Source: Deferrisomatales bacterium
GTDB taxonomy: Bacteria > Desulfobacterota > Deferrisomatia > Deferrisomatales > JACRMM01
Assembly (NCBI GenBank): GCA_033551855.1
Contig: JAWSUI010000065.1
Span: 1 to 18,646 of the forward strand
DNA length: 18,646 nt
Direction: 5' to 3'
Made by a program: the position numbers and the translations under genes. Below, one piece after another: positions 15,620 through 18,646 of the stretch. The notes under the pieces are model-generated. The model did no database searches and was not told the DNA's origin. It worked only from the letters and a program-made list of their open reading frames with translations. Every line of letters begins with the position of its first letter. The first letter of the stretch is position 1.

Positions 15620-16840
15620 ATGAGAGCGGTCGAGATCAAGCAAGACATCTTCTGGGTAGGGGCCATCGACTGGGCGGTCCGGGACTTCCACGGGTACGTC
15701 ACCCCCCGGGGCACCACCTACAACAACTACCTCCTCCGGGACGACGAGATCACTCTCGTCGATACGGTCAAGTACGACTTCTCCGAGATCACCGTCAAGA
15801 ACATTAGGAGCCTCGTCGACCCGGCGAAGATTCGGCACGTGGTCGTCAACCACATCGAGAACGACCACGTCACGAGCCTCGACAGGATCCTCGAGCTGGC
15901 CCCCGACGCCACGTTGTACCTTACCCAGAAGGGCAAGCGGGGACTGGACCGCTTCTTCGACACCTCCCGCTGGAAGATCCGGCTGGTGAAGACCGGCGAC
16001 ACCCTCACGACGGGGCGCTTCACCCTGACCTTCCTCGAAACCCCCATGCTCCACTGGCCGGACTCCATGATGACGTACGTGCCGGAGGAGAAGCTCCTCT
16101 TCAGCCAGGACGCCTTTGGTCAGCACCTGGCCTCCGCGAGTCGGTTCGACGACGAGTTCGTGTCGAGCGACTCGATGGCGGAGTTGGAGGACTGCGTCCT
16201 GGACTACTACGCCAACATCCTCATGCCCTTCGGTACCCTGATCGAAAAGAAGCTGGAGGAGGTGGGCCGCCTCGGACTCGACATCGACATGATCGCCCCG
16301 GACCACGGGGTCATCTGGAGGGCCCACCCCTCCCGGGTGCTGGAGCTCTACCGCCACATGGCCGGGGGCGGGGCCGACTGCAGCGTCGCCGTCATCTACG
16401 ACACGATGTGGCAGAGCACGGAGCGGATGACCGTGCCGATCTCGGCCGGGATCCGGGACGAAGGGCTCGACGTGCGGGTGATGAAGCTGCGTTCCACGCC
16501 CATGAGTGTTGCAATCAAGGAGTTCTGGAGGTCGCGCGGCACCCTGGTGGGGTCGCCGACCTTGAACAACATCCTCTACCCCACGGTGGCCGAGTTCCTC
16601 ACCCACCTGCGGGGCCTGCGGCCGAAGCACCGCATCGCCGGGGCCTTCGGCAGCTACGGCTGGTCGGGTGGGGCGGTGAGGGAGGCCAACGAGGAGTTCC
16701 GGCGCATGGGGCTCGAGGTCTTCGAGCCGGGCCTCCAGCTCCTGTACAAGCCTTCCCTGGAGGACGAAGAGTCCTGTTACGAGCTCGGGCGCACCTTCGC
16801 CCGCCGGGTGCGGGAATATCACCGGGAGGTCGGGGGTTAG
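15620..16840 (+). CDS. fprA: Class A flavodiiron protein (FprA/ROO family O2/NO reductase, 406 aa)
   Basis: GTTYNNYL, diiron ligands NHIENDH, LHWPD, SQDAFGQH and APDHG, and a flavodoxin domain (YDTMWQST, GSPTLNN, FGSYGWSG). GGAGGAG precedes ATG 15620. No fused rubredoxin. Confidence 0.95.
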   Translation: MRAVEIKQDIFWVGAIDWAVRDFHGYVTPRGTTYNNYLLRDDEITLVDTVKYDFSEITVKNIRSLVDPAKIRHVVVNHIENDHVTSLDRILELAPDATLYLTQKGKRGLDRFFDTSRWKIRLVKTGDTLTTGRFTLTFLETPMLHWPDSMMTYVPEEKLLFSQDAFGQHLASASRFDDEFVSSDSMAELEDCVLDYYANILMPFGTLIEKKLEEVGRLGLDIDMIAPDHGVIWRAHPSRVLELYRHMAGGGADCSVAVIYDTMWQSTERMTVPISAGIRDEGLDVRVMKLRSTPMSVAIKEFWRSRGTLVGSPTLNNILYPTVAEFLTHLRGLRPKHRIAGAFGSYGWSGGAVREANEEFRRMGLEVFEPGLQLLYKPSLEDEESCYELGRTFARRVREYHREVGG

Positions 16841-16909
16841 GAGTCAGGGACTTGGGGTCGGGGGCTGGGGGTCGGGGAACTGGGGGTCGGGCGTCAGGGG
16901 TCAGGGCTC
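16825..16909 (+). repeat. Degenerate G-rich heptamer tandem array (consensus RGGGGTC, ~12 units)
   Basis: GGAGGTC GGGGGTT AGGAGTC AGGGACT TGGGGTC GGGGGCT GGGGGTC GGGGAACT GGGGGTC GGGCGTC AGGGGTC AGGGCTC. The array spans both convergent stop codons. Confidence 0.8.
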
Positions 16910-17155
16910 CGGCGCACCCTCCCCGCGAGAGATCACCACGGTGACGTCGCAGGTCCCGCCGCACCACCCGTGGACCCAGCACTCCGTCTCGCGGATCACC
17001 CCGTCCAGGTAGGGTTCGGTCCCGAAGCCCTCCGGGGCCTCCCAGCGGATCGTGCCGTCGGCCGCCCGGTGGACCCGGCGGCTCGCGAGCTCCACGCGCT
17101 GCCCCCACGGGAAGCGCACCACGATCCGGTACCGCCGCCCCAGGACGACCTCCAC
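16901..17155 (-). CDS. Small hypothetical protein (84 aa) with C-x5-C-x3-C cluster
   Basis: C-terminal part of ORF 16901..18199. From GTG 17155 it reads VEVVLGRRYRIVVRFPWGQRVELAS...ETECWVHGWCGGTCDVTVVIS, with protein-like composition. It starts 17 nt after the LOG stop and fills an otherwise empty gap. Confidence 0.65.
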   Translation of the reverse strand: MEVVLGRRYRIVVRFPWGQRVELASRRVHRAADGTIRWEAPEGFGTEPYLDGVIRETECWVHGWCGGTCDVTVVISRGEGAPEP

Positions 17156-17172
17156 GGCCCCGCCCCCGGAGC

Positions 17173-17853
17173 CTAGCGGTCCCGGGGGCCGTGGCGCCGA
17201 TCCCCCGGCCCGGCCAGAGAGATCTCGGCGTAGTGCTCGGTGATGACCCGCACCACCTCCGCGGGGTCGTCGCACACGTGGAACAGGTCCAGGTCCTCGG
17301 GATCGATGCACCCCTCGACCAGCATCCTGTCCCGGAGCCACCCCGCCAGCCCCGCCCAGTACTCGCTCCCGAGCAGGACGATCGGGAAGCGGCGGATCTT
17401 TCCCGTCTGGACCAGGGTGAGTGCCTCGAAGAGCTCGTCCAGGGTCCCGAAGCCCCCCGGGCAGATCACGTAGGCGAGGCAGTATTTCACGAACATCAGC
17501 TTGCGCACGAAAAAGTACCGGAAAGACAGGCAGATGTCCTGGTAGGGGTTGGGGTACTGCTCCCGGGGCAGGTCGATGTTCAGCCCGACCGAGGTGCCCT
17601 TCCCCCCGTGGCAGCCCTTGTTGGCGGCCTCCATGAGGCCCGGCCCTCCCCCGGTGATGACCGCGAACCCCGCGGAGGAGAGCAGGCGGCCGAGCTCTTC
17701 CGTGGCCCGGTAGTAGGGGGAGTCGGGGGGCAGGCGCGCGCTCCCGAAGACGGTCACCGCCGGGCCGAGCTCGTTGAGGCTCTCGATGCCGTCGATGAGC
17801 TCCGCCTGGATCCGGAAGATCCGCCAGGCTTCCGAGGTCTTCAGGTCTTCCAT
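17173..17853 (-). CDS. LOG family (TIGR00730-like) nucleotide phosphoribohydrolase (226 aa)
   Basis: VTVFGSAR, ITGGGPGLMEAANKG, GLNIDLPREQ, FRYFFVRKLMFVKY and PGGFGTLDELFE. AGGAGG SD upstream. Confidence 0.93.
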   Translation of the reverse strand: MEDLKTSEAWRIFRIQAELIDGIESLNELGPAVTVFGSARLPPDSPYYRATEELGRLLSSAGFAVITGGGPGLMEAANKGCHGGKGTSVGLNIDLPREQYPNPYQDICLSFRYFFVRKLMFVKYCLAYVICPGGFGTLDELFEALTLVQTGKIRRFPIVLLGSEYWAGLAGWLRDRMLVEGCIDPEDLDLFHVCDDPAEVVRVITEHYAEISLAGPGDRRHGPRDR

Positions 17854-17904
17854 CCGCTGTCCTCCTGTCTCGGTGTCCGAAACGGCGCGGGGTCCTCCCC
17901 CGGC

Positions 17905-18645
17905 TCACACCCGGAACGTCACCACCAGGGGCGCGTGGTCCGAGCCAAAGTCCGCCCAGGGGCCGGGCTCCGGGCCGTCCTCGGCGTCCCGGAGGAACTC
18001 GTTGTACGCCCGGGCCCCCTCGAAGTGGGGGAGCAGCGACCGGGAGATGAGCACGTGGTCGAGCATCTCGGGCCGGCCCCGGTAGACCTGGGTGTAACGC
18101 AGCCCGGGAGGGATCGCGAGCTCGCAGGGCAGGAGCTCGAAGGGCGCAAGCCCCGGGCTCCGGCAGGCCCGGGCGTCCCCCCGGAGGATCCGCAGGCACT
18201 CGGACTCCAGGAGGTCGTTGCAGTCGCCGAGCACCGCCACGTGAGGAGCCGGGTCCTGGGCCAGCAGGCGGTCCACCGCCCGCCGCACCTCCAGCGCCTG
18301 GGCGAGACGCTTCGCCTCGCTCAGGAGCCGCGCCTCCCCCACGTCACCCAGGGCCCCCCACGCCTCCCCCTGCACCCGGCGCAACGGGGTGAAAGAGGGG
18401 ATCTTGGACTTCCAGTGCACGACGATCAGGGTCACCGTCAGACCCGGGGCCTCCCACACCACCCGCAGGGCGGGCCGGCTGAAGGGTCCCTTCACGCGGA
18501 GCGCCATCCCGGTCTTGTCGTCCGTGAGGGCGAGGTCGGCGGCAGCCGCCTCCGCCGCGGGGTGCCCCAGGGGGTGGCGGGAGACGACCCCCAACCGCAG
18601 CGGGCTCACCCCCGGGGGGCTCACGGCCCGGTGGGGGTATCCCAG
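17905..18645 (-). CDS. Endonuclease/exonuclease/phosphatase (EEP) family protein, C-terminal part (5'-truncated by window)
   Basis: FSRP, VHWKSK, VLGDCND, MLDHVLIS and GSDHAPL are DNase I-like catalytic motifs. The frame stays open to the window end. Confidence 0.88.
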   Translation of the reverse strand: MGYPHRAVSPPGVSPLRLGVVSRHPLGHPAAEAAAADLALTDDKTGMALRVKGPFSRPALRVVWEAPGLTVTLIVVHWKSKIPSFTPLRRVQGEAWGALGDVGEARLLSEAKRLAQALEVRRAVDRLLAQDPAPHVAVLGDCNDLLESECLRILRGDARACRSPGLAPFELLPCELAIPPGLRYTQVYRGRPEMLDHVLISRSLLPHFEGARAYNEFLRDAEDGPEPGPWADFGSDHAPLVVTFRV

Positions 18646-18646
18646 T

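Noticed and set aside
16825..16909. CRISPR array or intrinsic terminator
   Set aside because: Units are 7 nt with no spacers and no cas genes, and there is no stem-loop with a U tract.
17173..17853. LOG protein as lysine decarboxylase or anti-phage SLOG effector
   Set aside because: Lysine decarboxylase is a known misannotation for this family. This is a stand-alone TIGR00730-like protein with no fused TIR or effector domain.

Overview
A very GC-rich bacterial chromosomal segment. Gene content (MglA-family GTPase, LptD style, flavodiiron protein) suggests a delta-proteobacterial anaerobe such as Desulfobacterota or Deferrisoma-like; this is inference. Bases 1-11836 are a tightly packed + strand housekeeping run: folC (5'-truncated), lptD, a TPR/AMIN amidase, glnD, an M23 peptidase, xseB, ispA, dxs and tlyA. 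Most junctions are GTGA/ATGA overlaps, and a sigma70-like promoter precedes xseB. The right part holds an orphan MglA-like GTPase with a long C-terminal extension ending in a MinD-type amphipathic motif (KGFLSRLFGR), a divergent stand-alone tetrapyrrole methyltransferase, an MFS transporter (-) and a class A flavodiiron protein (+). A - strand run of an EEP-family protein (truncated), a LOG-family protein and an 84-aa Cys-containing hypothetical protein closes the window. Non-coding structure includes a ~139-bp MITE-like insertion that appears to have replaced the tlyA C-terminus, hexamer-based inverted repeats, a G-rich heptamer array and an operator-like palindrome. No rRNA, tRNA, CRISPR array or transposase gene was seen.
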